From: Acidobacteriota bacterium
GTDB taxonomy: Bacteria; Acidobacteriota; UBA6911; RPQK01; CBDFMZ01
Reading direction: 5' to 3'
DNA length: 64,000 bases
Assembly (NCBI GenBank): GCA_965249865.1
Contig: CBDFMZ010000001.1
Location: 128,415 to 192,414, forward strand
The notes under the pieces are model-generated. The model ran no database searches, was not told the origin of the DNA, and saw only the letters and a list, made by a program, of their open reading frames with translations. This document shows positions 42,731 to 51,617 of the stretch, piece after piece (position 1 is the stretch's first letter; each line of letters opens with the position of its first letter). The position numbers and the translations under genes are program-made.

Positions 42731-43612
42731 TTAGTTCGAATCGATGATGGCTCTGGCGAAAGTGCTGAGCGCTTTCAGGTGAGCGCCTGGGGTCTCCAGG
42801 CCCAGACCCATCGTGTTTAAGGTGATGTGGGTTGCCCCCGCAACCTCCCAGTCTTCAATGAGTTTACTCCAGACCTCGGGGTTGCCGGAACCATAACAGA
42901 TGCGCGGCTCCAACCCAATGTCCGAGCGGCTGCGCCCAGCTTCTTCCAGATATCGGTCCAGTGTCTCGAGGGCCTGCTGGGCGGCAGCAGCACAGTGATA
43001 GGGAGGAGCGTTGGGGAGCCATCCGTCCCCCATTCGGGCGAGGCGACGAAGTACCGCATCCGCCCCACCGCCGAACCAGATGGGAATAGGGCGCTGTAAG
43101 GGTAGCGGATTGAGCCCAGCCTCCGGAATGCTATCCCAACGCCCCGAAAAGGTCACGAGGGACTCGGTCCACAACCGGCGCAAGAGCATGATTTGTTCCT
43201 CGATTCGATGACCACGCGTATGGAAATCCTGATTGAGGCTAAGATACTCGACATGGTTCCAGCCGATTCCGATTCCCAAACGAAATCTCCCCTGACTCAA
43301 CCGGTCCAGGGTTGCAGCCTGTTTTGCGACCAGTGCAGTCTGTCTCTGAGGGAGAATCACGATTCCGGTGATGAACTCGATGGTCTGGGTGACGGCAGCC
43401 ATGAAGCCAAATAGCACAAACGGCTCATGAAAAGGATTTTGGTATGTATAGGGGCCCTGCAAACCACCCTCGCGATCAGGGCGGGCTCCCAAAACATGTT
43501 CATATGCCAAGATGTGGGAAAAACCAAGATTTTCGGCCTGTTGGGCGTAATCACGAACAGCAGCGGGATCGTTGCCAAATTCAGTTTGAGGGAAAATTGC
43601 GCCAATTTTCAA
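42731..43612 (-). CDS. LLM-class (luciferase-like) flavin/F420-dependent oxidoreductase
   Basis: A TTG start gives MKIGAIFPQTEFGNDP..., the canonical LLM N-terminus, with a TIM-barrel signature throughout. It overlaps the upstream PPOX-like gene by 32 nt. Confidence 0.75.
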   Translation of the reverse strand: MKIGAIFPQTEFGNDPAAVRDYAQQAENLGFSHILAYEHVLGARPDREGGLQGPYTYQNPFHEPFVLFGFMAAVTQTIEFITGIVILPQRQTALVAKQAATLDRLSQGRFRLGIGIGWNHVEYLSLNQDFHTRGHRIEEQIMLLRRLWTESLVTFSGRWDSIPEAGLNPLPLQRPIPIWFGGGADAVLRRLARMGDGWLPNAPPYHCAAAAQQALETLDRYLEEAGRSRSDIGLEPRICYGSGNPEVWSKLIEDWEVAGATHITLNTMGLGLETPGAHLKALSTFARAIIDSN

Positions 43613-44072
43613 GACTTGTTTCCTCCATTGAGATAGCTCGCCAGCTCCTGATCCGCAGGGGCTCAACGACAACAATCGGTCTACTCTCCAAAGGCATCAG
43701 CGAGTACTGCGGATATTTCGTGCTCAGAAACCTGATGCCGGCTTTATGTTCTGATCCCCGTTGGACTATTCCAGCGATACCTCGAATTTGAACCCACACC
43801 AGCCTGCTCCAATCCTCCTCATAGTGATCGATGATGATTGCGACGTTCGGATTGGTGCTGATATTGCGGACACGCCGAAGCTCATCGATGGGAACACGTT
43901 TTGCTTTGTCATCTATGGGAGTGTACAGCCTCCCTTGGCCAAAGGCATAGACGATTGGTACCACGTGTGGTCGCCCTTCCAAATCAACCGTCCCTAGCCG
44001 TGCTATACGGTTAGTTGCGATGAAATCGGTTTCCCAAGCCTCAATAACCATCTTGTTAACGCTCCTCCTCAA
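43581..44072 (-). CDS. pyridoxamine-5'-phosphate-oxidase-like (PPOX-class, possibly F420-dependent) split-barrel protein
   Basis: 163 aa with ...ARLGTVDLEGRPHVVPIVYAF...YTPID, the typical PPOX-class FMN/F420-binding fold signature. Confidence 0.65.
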   Translation of the reverse strand: MRRSVNKMVIEAWETDFIATNRIARLGTVDLEGRPHVVPIVYAFGQGRLYTPIDDKAKRVPIDELRRVRNISTNPNVAIIIDHYEEDWSRLVWVQIRGIAGIVQRGSEHKAGIRFLSTKYPQYSLMPLESRPIVVVEPLRIRSWRAISMEETSLENWRNFPSN

Positions 44073-44167
44073 CGAAACAGAGTATTATCTCCTTCATTTC
44101 TATTTCGCGATTTTGACGCGGTTGCGCTTGCCACAACAGCTACTCTATCTGATGAGATAAGATAGTA

Positions 44168-44293
44168 AGTACCCGGTTTATAAATACGCTCACGTTTGTG
44201 GCGAGTGATTACTTTGTCGTTCGTCGTAACCTATGCGACGTCTCTTCGCCACATCCTCAGCGAACGTCAGTGCATTATACGAAACTGAGTACT
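44168..44293. mobile_element. MITE/REP-like palindromic element, copy B (126 bp, termini agtac...gtact)
   Basis: The left arm is agtacccggtttataaatacgctcacgtttgtggcgag. The reverse complement of the right arm is agtactcagtttcgtataatgcactgacgttcgctgagg. It is intergenic, between divergent genes. Confidence 0.6.
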
Positions 44294-44532
44294 TAGGATC
44301 CACTCTACGGCAGCCTCCTTGCCAGCAGCCTGTGTGACAACGGACCTGGACACAACAGACCTCCTTCTCACCGAAGGTAGAAATCTGTACCTTCGGGATG
44401 ACTTTGCTGACAATTAAAGGGTAGATGATCTTGCATCGGTTCTTTCCAGAGGTTTATCATCAATCTTTGTACTCAGTTACATAACGAGCACTCAACCCAA
44501 AAGAGCTTTCGACACACGGAGGATTTAGCGCA

Positions 44533-45669
44533 ATGAAACGATCCATTAGTGTCATGGTTTTCAGTTTCGTTATCTCGCTCTCCATCGGATCCAGTCTGAT
44601 ATCGGTTCACGGACATCACCTCGGAAACACCGCGGTAACCGTGGAAACCCAGCAGAAAAAAGTGCCGATGGGCGGCATGCCTGCGTCGGTTGCAGGAATC
44701 AGCGGTCAGGGAAAGATGAGATTCCGGGTTTTGTATACTGCAGACCATTTACCCAGTGAGGCGGTCAAGGTGCTGGACTCGGCCCACGGCGGTTTTGCCG
44801 TTGATCGCCGCCCGGGAAAAGGAGAAATTTACTTCGCGCTCCCCGGTGCGGGCATAATTCAGATTAGTGCCGATCTCAAGTCCACCCGACTGCTGGAGAC
44901 TCCAGCTGCCATGAAGAACACCAATCTACACAACTCCACCATCTGGTACGCCCCTGACGGGTCCCCGTACTTGACTTTTCCTGCCAACAAAGCTGCACAG
45001 GTCTTCACCACCACCTTACAGGGAGAACTCGTCCACACACTCAACATCCCTGGTCAAGAGGATGATTTCGATCAGCCCACCGTGAATAACTACTTCTATG
45101 GTAAGGGGAATTTCGTGCCGACCGATGTGGAGCATCTGGATGGACTGTTTTACGTGGCCACGGGTTATTCTAGTCTAGACTTCGTCCTGACGGCGAAAAT
45201 CCAGAACACAAATCCATTCCAGGCAATCTGGTACGACCTGGCGTTTGGAGGTAAGGGTAGCGGTGTCGGACAGTTCGGCACAGGCCACGGCATTACCGTG
45301 CCACCAGGACAAAAACGGATCGATGTGGCAGACCGGCCCAACTCCGAGGTGGATCGCTTCACTCGCTATGGTCATTATCGCTCCACCTTAGAGTTGCCCA
45401 AGGGTTCGTTCCCGTGCGATATCGATTATCTGGAGCAATATGGGATAGTGGGCTGTCTGCACGGACCCGATCGGAGTAAGGGAGCGCCCATCTATATCTT
45501 CGACGGGGACAAGATCATCTCCAGCCTCCTTCCGAAGGAAGAACTGGGACTACAGAAGTTTCAGCATATCCACAATGCTGTCCTACACCAGATTAGCAGC
45601 ACATTTTACGTCATCGTTCAAGCCTGGAATCCCGGCGATTTTGCCATACTGCAGCAGGTAACCGAATAA
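44533..45669 (+). CDS. secreted hypothetical protein (possible beta-propeller)
   Basis: It has a signal peptide; 378 aa. I recognise no family. Confidence 0.55.
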   Translation: MKRSISVMVFSFVISLSIGSSLISVHGHHLGNTAVTVETQQKKVPMGGMPASVAGISGQGKMRFRVLYTADHLPSEAVKVLDSAHGGFAVDRRPGKGEIYFALPGAGIIQISADLKSTRLLETPAAMKNTNLHNSTIWYAPDGSPYLTFPANKAAQVFTTTLQGELVHTLNIPGQEDDFDQPTVNNYFYGKGNFVPTDVEHLDGLFYVATGYSSLDFVLTAKIQNTNPFQAIWYDLAFGGKGSGVGQFGTGHGITVPPGQKRIDVADRPNSEVDRFTRYGHYRSTLELPKGSFPCDIDYLEQYGIVGCLHGPDRSKGAPIYIFDGDKIISSLLPKEELGLQKFQHIHNAVLHQISSTFYVIVQAWNPGDFAILQQVTE

Positions 45670-45903
45670 GCGTCTACCCTGTGAAAAAAGCCGAGAAACC
45701 CGAACTGAAAATAACTAGACTGGAGTGAGATTGGTTTGAAAGTCATGTCCGCCCTCACGGGGGAAATTGTAACGATAGACCTTGGGGGCAGCCAAACGAT
45801 GAAACCCATATGACAAAACGTGGTGAGGGGTCGGGAAGTCGTAAGAATCCTCGTGGTAGAAAACCATCACTGCTCTCCTCGCTCCATGAACAGAAGGAGG
45901 TCC

Positions 45904-46680
45904 ATGAGAGAAAACAAGGCCAAACAAAAACTACGAACAGGCGGAGTAGCCTCAGTCATTTCCGGTTCCACCATGAATGGGGATTTAATTGACTTTTTGG
46001 GACAATTAGGTTTTGACGGTGCCTGGATTGAGTGCGAGCACGGACCGGTCACGTGGGAGCACATTGGAGACCTATCTCGATCCTGTGACTTGTGGGGGAT
46101 GACCTCTTTAGTGCGAGTTCCGACCAATGAGTCCTGGGTGATTACTCGGACACTGGACCGGGGCGCTACCGGTATTGTTGTCCCTCACGTGAATACCCGA
46201 CAAGAGGCAGAGCGAGTAGCGAGATCAGCCAAGTTCGGTCCCCTTGGAAAGCGAGGGATCTATGCAGGTCGGCAGAGTTTCGGTACAGAAGATTATTATC
46301 AAAAGGCAAATGACCAGACACTCGTTGTGATCTTGATAGAGGAGGTCAAGGCCATCGAAAATCTCGCTGAGATCCTCCAAGTCCCACACATCGATGTCTT
46401 TTTTGTAGCTACTGGCGACCTGGCACAGACAATGGGTTTCACCGGTCAGATGGATCATCCTGAGGTGATGTCTGCACTGAAGGAGGCTTTCAAGCAAATC
46501 ACTGAAGCAGGAAGGATTGCGGGCGCAAATGTCTCGGAGCAAACGATTGACTGGTACCTGGAACTTGGCGCGCGTTTTTTGTTCACTCAGTGGGATCCTT
46601 GGATCGCGGCCGGAGCGAAGTCCTTCCTTGCCAAAGTGACCAGACACCCCAAATCTGTGACTGCAAAGCCCCAGGGCTAA
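45904..46680 (+). CDS. HpcH/HpaI-family aldolase (2-keto-3-deoxy-acid aldolase/citrate-lyase beta-like)
   Basis: MRENKAKQKLRTGGVASV...GFDGAWIECEHGP...VRVP...DRGATGIVVPHVNT is the typical family signature. The ATG at 45904 has a perfect AGGAGG 6 nt upstream. The listed ORF starts earlier, at 45820. Confidence 0.8.
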   Translation: MRENKAKQKLRTGGVASVISGSTMNGDLIDFLGQLGFDGAWIECEHGPVTWEHIGDLSRSCDLWGMTSLVRVPTNESWVITRTLDRGATGIVVPHVNTRQEAERVARSAKFGPLGKRGIYAGRQSFGTEDYYQKANDQTLVVILIEEVKAIENLAEILQVPHIDVFFVATGDLAQTMGFTGQMDHPEVMSALKEAFKQITEAGRIAGANVSEQTIDWYLELGARFLFTQWDPWIAAGAKSFLAKVTRHPKSVTAKPQG

Positions 46681-46735
46681 CCACCCTATTTCAGAGACTA
46701 GTTTTCCAGGTCAAGGTGGAGGCTTCTTAAAGCTA

Positions 46736-48210
46736 ATGAACACCTCACCGTCAGCTCCACTGAAGACCGAGACAACCCCGATCCCTGGTCCAGGAAAAGG
46801 GGCCCGATGGGAGACCGATCTTCTTCCAGAAGCTCCTAGGTTTACTCCGCGGAACTTCCTGCGCATGATGGGCCCCGGAGCCATTCTGTTGGCCGGTGCG
46901 ATGGGCGGAGGAGAGTGGCTGATGGGTCCCACCACGGCCGTCCAGTATGGGGTGTGTCCGTCTTCGGCTTAGTTACCGTCGCCATCATTCTCCAGATCTT
47001 TTTTAATCTGGAGGCCATCCGGTACTCACTTTACACCAGCGAGCCAATCTACGGGGGAATTATGAGACTCTCTCCGGGACCCAAGTTCTGGGGAGGAGTC
47101 TATTGTCTGTTGACAATTCTGAATCTAGGTTGGTCCGCTTTGGCCGCTTGCTGCGCCTCTACCCTCTTTAGCAGTATCTTCGGGCGTTTGCCAGGCAACG
47201 GGGACCAGGGTTGATGTACAGTCTCATGATCGCAGTCGTCCTAGTGGCCTCCGGTTTGCTGCTGTTCGGCAGTACAGTGGAACGCATGCTGGAACGGTTT
47301 CTTGGATCATAATTTTCCTCATTTTCCTTTTTCTACTCGGGGTCAATTTAATCTTCATCCCATGGTTGCAATGGCTGGCAACGTTCTCCGGTTTCTTTAA
47401 ACTGAGTGGTTTGCTGGGTGAACTGGACTGGCTGTTACTAGGAGCTCTAGCCGCCTCTTCCGGATCGGGAGGGATTTCTTGTCTGACCATCTCAAACTGG
47501 GTGCGCGACAAGGGATTTTCCATGGGAGCTCGAGTGGGAGCCATACCAGGGGCCTTCGGGAGCAAAAAGATATCGCTGTCGCACACGGGCACGGTTTTTC
47601 AGGTGACCACGAGCAATCTTGCATCCTGGCGACACTGGCTGAATTACGTTTACGCGGATCAAGAGGCACCGGATCCTTCGCTGGTATGTTCTTAAGTGTA
47701 AATCTAGCGGCAGCTGTCATCCCTGTCGGCAGCAACATAACGGGGCTGGCTGCGGGAGCCTATCAGGCGGAATACATGGCGCGCACGCTGTGGTCGGGCT
47801 TCTGGTTTTTGGCGCTCTTAAACGATTTCTGGATCCTCTTCTCTACGCACTTGGCAAATACCGATGCTTTGGTTCGCACCATCACGGATATTCTTTGGAT
47901 GCAAAAAAGTTGGAGTCAAACGTCTCGACGACCGAACGTGCGCCGTCTCTATTACCAAACCCTTCTGATTTACACCATCTGGGGTATTATTGCCATGGGC
48001 CTTGCGCCCCCACTCACACTTTTCAAGATCATGGGGAATGTGGCCGCTGCCATAATGGTCATTGGAGGCACCCATTTGCTGTTGGTGAATCGAAAGTTCC
48101 TTCCACTGCCTCTGCGTCCCGCCCCTTGGAGGCAAATGATGATCATACTGTGCATCCTTTTCTACGCTTTCCTGGCTATGAAATCACTGCTTTCCCTGTT
48201 TTCGAGCTAG
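46736..48210 (+). pseudogene. NRAMP-family transporter paralog, disrupted into at least five frame segments
   Basis: The segments 46736-46972, 46915-47214, 47214-47310, 47366-47695 and 47479-48210 are in alternating frames. Together they encode an Nramp-like protein (MMGPGAILLAGAMGGGEWLMGPTTAVQYG...) paralogous to 21990..23417. The first junction involves loss of ~3 residues, not just a 1-nt indel. Confidence 0.6.
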
Positions 48211-48350
48211 TCGAGTACTGCCATTCCGACGGCTTGGCTTCACGAAGTGAGCGCCGAGGCAAGCCCTATTACCAACAGGAACGAAGGATTGTGGGTGAAC
48301 ACCTCCGCCACCAATCCCTTTCCGCTGAATGTCATCGTCACAATTCGTGG

Positions 48351-49331
48351 TTAATTCCTCTTCCCGAAATCGTAAAACGATACGAGCTGAGCTGGAAAGG
48401 GTTCAAAGTAAACCTGATCCAATAAGTACCGGATTCCAAAGCGCATCAACCACCTCTCCATGATGGCCAGGGCCATGCTCAAGGGAACCTGCTGCCTTCG
48501 GTACTGAGCCAGAATACCTAAGAAGTAGACCTTGTCCTGTGGCGAAAGCTGATCAGACACGTATCCCAAGGTGTGCAAAAGGACGTTGATATTGGAAGTG
48601 TACCGAGGAGGCCGGATTAGAGCGTGAATCAGATGCCGCTGGTATTGTTTGGCCACCTCCCAGGGAGAAGCCTTGTCGTGATTCGCAATGATTTTCCCCA
48701 TGATTCTCAGCTCGCTCCGGTGATAAGCCATCAGCAAAAACTTGTGCCGGCTGTGAAACTCAACCAGTTTTTCCATCGAGAGAGACTCCTTGAAATTCCG
48801 GAATTCAGCAAGAGTGAAGACGCGGGTGAGAAAATGCTCCCGCAAGCGGAGAGTCTTCAGGCGAACCTCATCTTCAATAGCCGCATCAGGAAACTGCTCC
48901 AATACCGCCTGGCCAAATATGCCGGGGCCTTTGGTAAAGACTTGTCCTGCCAAAGCTGGATAACGCTTGGCGTCCTTCACAGCACAACTGGGCGACTCGC
49001 TTTTCAAGATGAAACCGTCCACCGCTCGCAAGCCTTTCAGAAAATGGGTGCTAAAGTGTTCCATCGGGAGAGTCAGGTCGCGACCGGTGGCAGGCTGAAC
49101 CAGTTGCAGGTGAACACCGCTCTCGGGCAGGGAAACCAACTGCACGGGATCACGCGGGACACCCAGTCCAACGGACACTTCCGGGCACACTTGGACGAAT
49201 TCTACGTAAGGCTGCAGAGAGCTCAGGAAAGAATCTGGGATTACCTCACCATTGTAACGACAAGCCTCAAAGCCCAGGCACTGGCTCACCACGATTCTAG
49301 GTTTGACAAATTTTCTCATGCTCCTGCCCAT
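48351..49331 (-). CDS. DUF523 (TudS/YbbK-like, 4Fe-4S) + DUF1722 fusion protein
   Basis: PRIVVSQCLGFEACRYNGEVIPD...VCPEVSVGLGVPRDPVQLV is the DUF523 signature; a DUF1722-type C-terminal half follows. Confidence 0.8.
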   Translation of the reverse strand: MGRSMRKFVKPRIVVSQCLGFEACRYNGEVIPDSFLSSLQPYVEFVQVCPEVSVGLGVPRDPVQLVSLPESGVHLQLVQPATGRDLTLPMEHFSTHFLKGLRAVDGFILKSESPSCAVKDAKRYPALAGQVFTKGPGIFGQAVLEQFPDAAIEDEVRLKTLRLREHFLTRVFTLAEFRNFKESLSMEKLVEFHSRHKFLLMAYHRSELRIMGKIIANHDKASPWEVAKQYQRHLIHALIRPPRYTSNINVLLHTLGYVSDQLSPQDKVYFLGILAQYRRQQVPLSMALAIMERWLMRFGIRYLLDQVYFEPFPAQLVSFYDFGKRN

Positions 49332-49413
49332 GATAGTCCTTGTCGCTCATGGGTTCCCTTTTATGAGAGCACTCCTCATATAACCCAAAACGAGATAGTC
49401 GCAGCACCCAGCA

Positions 49414-50481
49414 TCACAATCCCTTACCGAAGTAAAAACGAACACCTGTGGTCAGTAAGATGTCATTTTTCTTTACGCTGGGAAGCGGATTACTCAGGAA
49501 TCTCTCACTGAACGTCACTTGCCAGGCAAACCCCCTCGCCAAATTGGTGGCGAGACTGGAGTCGAACTGGATCCGATACTGGCCCGTTTCACCCAGGTTG
49601 GGATAGAGTGCAAACTTCTGCGAGAAAGAGGTCGCTGCGAAAAGCTCATAAGAAAGCTCCTGGTGAAGAACCATCTCCCCGGTCCTTCGAATCAAGCCGA
49701 TATCGAAGAACTCTTGATTGAAAGCTGTGCCCACAAGAATCTCAAGCGTCGTCCGATCGGTATTTTTTAATTTCCACCCGAGCCCCCCACCCAACACGTT
49801 GCGGAGATCGAGGTTCTGAAACTCATCGAATTCCAGATCGATGAATCCGAAAGTAAAAAGATGAGTACTCAGAGTCACATCGTATCGACTTCCTCCCCGT
49901 ACGGCGTTAGCCGTGGTCTCCGAAACATTGTTTGAACCGTCCTGGGCAAAAATGGAAGTTGTGTAAATAGAAATCTTATCTTTTTCAGTTTCCCGCTGTA
50001 CGTTCATTGAAGTCGAAAAAGTAGTTGTCCTTGCATTACCTCGAGTAGCGTCGAGTCCGCTGTCGATGGAGCCACTCCAGGAATCCCACAACCCGGGGTT
50101 GTGCGATCTCTCTATTTCGGCCTCATACTTGGCCTGATCCTCTTCCGATCGAATGGAATCAACCTCAGCCTTGGAGATTGCCACTGTACTTAAAGGAGTC
50201 GTCTGCACTTTAAGTGTTTTACCCGCGAGTGAAATTGGACCCACAAGCACTTGGCCTCCCGCAGCGGTCACATACAAGATCTGCTCAGCAGTAATCTCTT
50301 CGATCGCAGTCCACTGAATCTTTACGTCGCCCAAGAATTGCGTCCTCATCCTAAACCATTCCCGGTCGGACTGTGTGATGGTTCCGGTCAACTGGTCACC
50401 GTTAGTTAGAAAGATCAGATCCGCACGGAGATTGCAGCAAAGAACACAACTTATCAACAAAAGGATCAATGTACTCAGCAT
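49414..50481 (-). CDS. DUF481 (YdiY-like) outer-membrane beta-barrel protein
   Basis: A signal peptide from the ATG at 50481 (MLSTLILLLISC...). The C-terminal half matches DUF481 (...RFYFGKGL terminal). The listed ORF starts 52 codons earlier. Confidence 0.7.
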   Translation of the reverse strand: MLSTLILLLISCVLCCNLRADLIFLTNGDQLTGTITQSDREWFRMRTQFLGDVKIQWTAIEEITAEQILYVTAAGGQVLVGPISLAGKTLKVQTTPLSTVAISKAEVDSIRSEEDQAKYEAEIERSHNPGLWDSWSGSIDSGLDATRGNARTTTFSTSMNVQRETEKDKISIYTTSIFAQDGSNNVSETTANAVRGGSRYDVTLSTHLFTFGFIDLEFDEFQNLDLRNVLGGGLGWKLKNTDRTTLEILVGTAFNQEFFDIGLIRRTGEMVLHQELSYELFAATSFSQKFALYPNLGETGQYRIQFDSSLATNLARGFAWQVTFSERFLSNPLPSVKKNDILLTTGVRFYFGKGL

Positions 50482-50511
50482 CGTTATTCCCCCGATTCTT
50501 TTGGCCGTGTT

Positions 50512-50547
50512 AGTAACCGGTTTCATTAATATACTCACGTTTGTGGC
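50512..50547 (+). repeat. Solo TIR-like copy (C) of the palindromic-element family, ~30-65 bp upstream of the DUF481 start
   Basis: agtaaccggtttcattaatatactcacgtttgtggc matches the A-left and B-left arms (17 of 17 identical in atactcacgtttgtggc compared with B). Confidence 0.5.
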
Positions 50548-50824
50548 AAACACGACGACCCAGTTTGACTCAGGAGTAAAGATTGTACGCCTGGGTGACC
50601 GAATCGCCATAGGCAACGACGGGGACAAGCCAGTCACGTCTGGGCTTTCTATGGTCAGGGTGGAAAAGCCGACGGTATCCTCTACAACGGCGTGACCGGA
50701 AGAGACGGCGGCAATACGCAGGGCTCGCTGCTGGCGGTGAATTCGTGGGACACTTCTTCCCCAGTGGTCTCCCAGGGGAACTCAACAATTCCCTAACCCT
50801 TGCTTAATGCAGATTGGTGTAGTC

Positions 50825-51163
50825 TTACCAGTGCAGTAAGCCAGACTTCTGTTTTTCCCAACCCGGGTCGGATGGAAACACGGTGTGCATCTTGACGCTT
50901 TCCACTCCATCATCGAGCATTTTTCCGACCGTTTCCCGCCAGAGTTTGTAGTGTGGCGTCTCCAGGTGTGCCTGAAAGGCCTCTTCGTCGCGATAGACCT
51001 CGTACAAGTAAAACCGTGTGGGAATACTCTTGTCTTCCAGGATGTCGAAACGAAAACATCCCGGTTCATCTCGCACCGAGCCTTGCGCGTCACCGAAGCT
51101 CGCCTCTGTAAAAGCTTTTAGATTTTTCAGTTTCACGTTGATGGTCACGAAAATCGAATACAT
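50825..51163 (-). CDS. antibiotic-biosynthesis-monooxygenase (ABM, Dabb) domain protein
   Basis: MYSIFVTINVKLKNLKAFTEA... ~110 aa with a ferredoxin-like ABM fold signature. Confidence 0.7.
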   Translation of the reverse strand: MYSIFVTINVKLKNLKAFTEASFGDAQGSVRDEPGCFRFDILEDKSIPTRFYLYEVYRDEEAFQAHLETPHYKLWRETVGKMLDDGVESVKMHTVFPSDPGWEKQKSGLLHW

Positions 51164-51617
51164 GATTGATCCTCCGTCAGTCGTTGGATCTGCAATCAAA
51201 AACGGCGCGACAGTCGAATAACGCTGTGACTGCCTTTTTCCCTAAAGGTGTTTTAGCACAACTCTTAAAAAAAAAGGGGACTCTCTACTTTTTTCTCCTG
51301 TCTTGTTTCAACTTACAATCGGCATATGCTCTCATTGACTCAGAACACTAACTTGATCCTGTCTGCTAAGACTCTGCGAGCCTGCGATACGGTCTGTTAA
51401 GCGTTGTCTTCGGTCTATACCTTGAAGAATGGGGTATACACCTTGGTGGGCAGCAACAGCAGGTGGCTCTAGCCAGGACCCTAGCCGTATACCCCAAGTT
51501 TCTTCTTCTGGATGAATCCTTCTGAACGAAATTCCAGCCTAGTCCAAAGACTCGACCTAATCCTTCGACCTTCCTCCGAGTCTTGATTTCTCTTCTGAGG
51601 AGCTGCGCGTACTCCAC

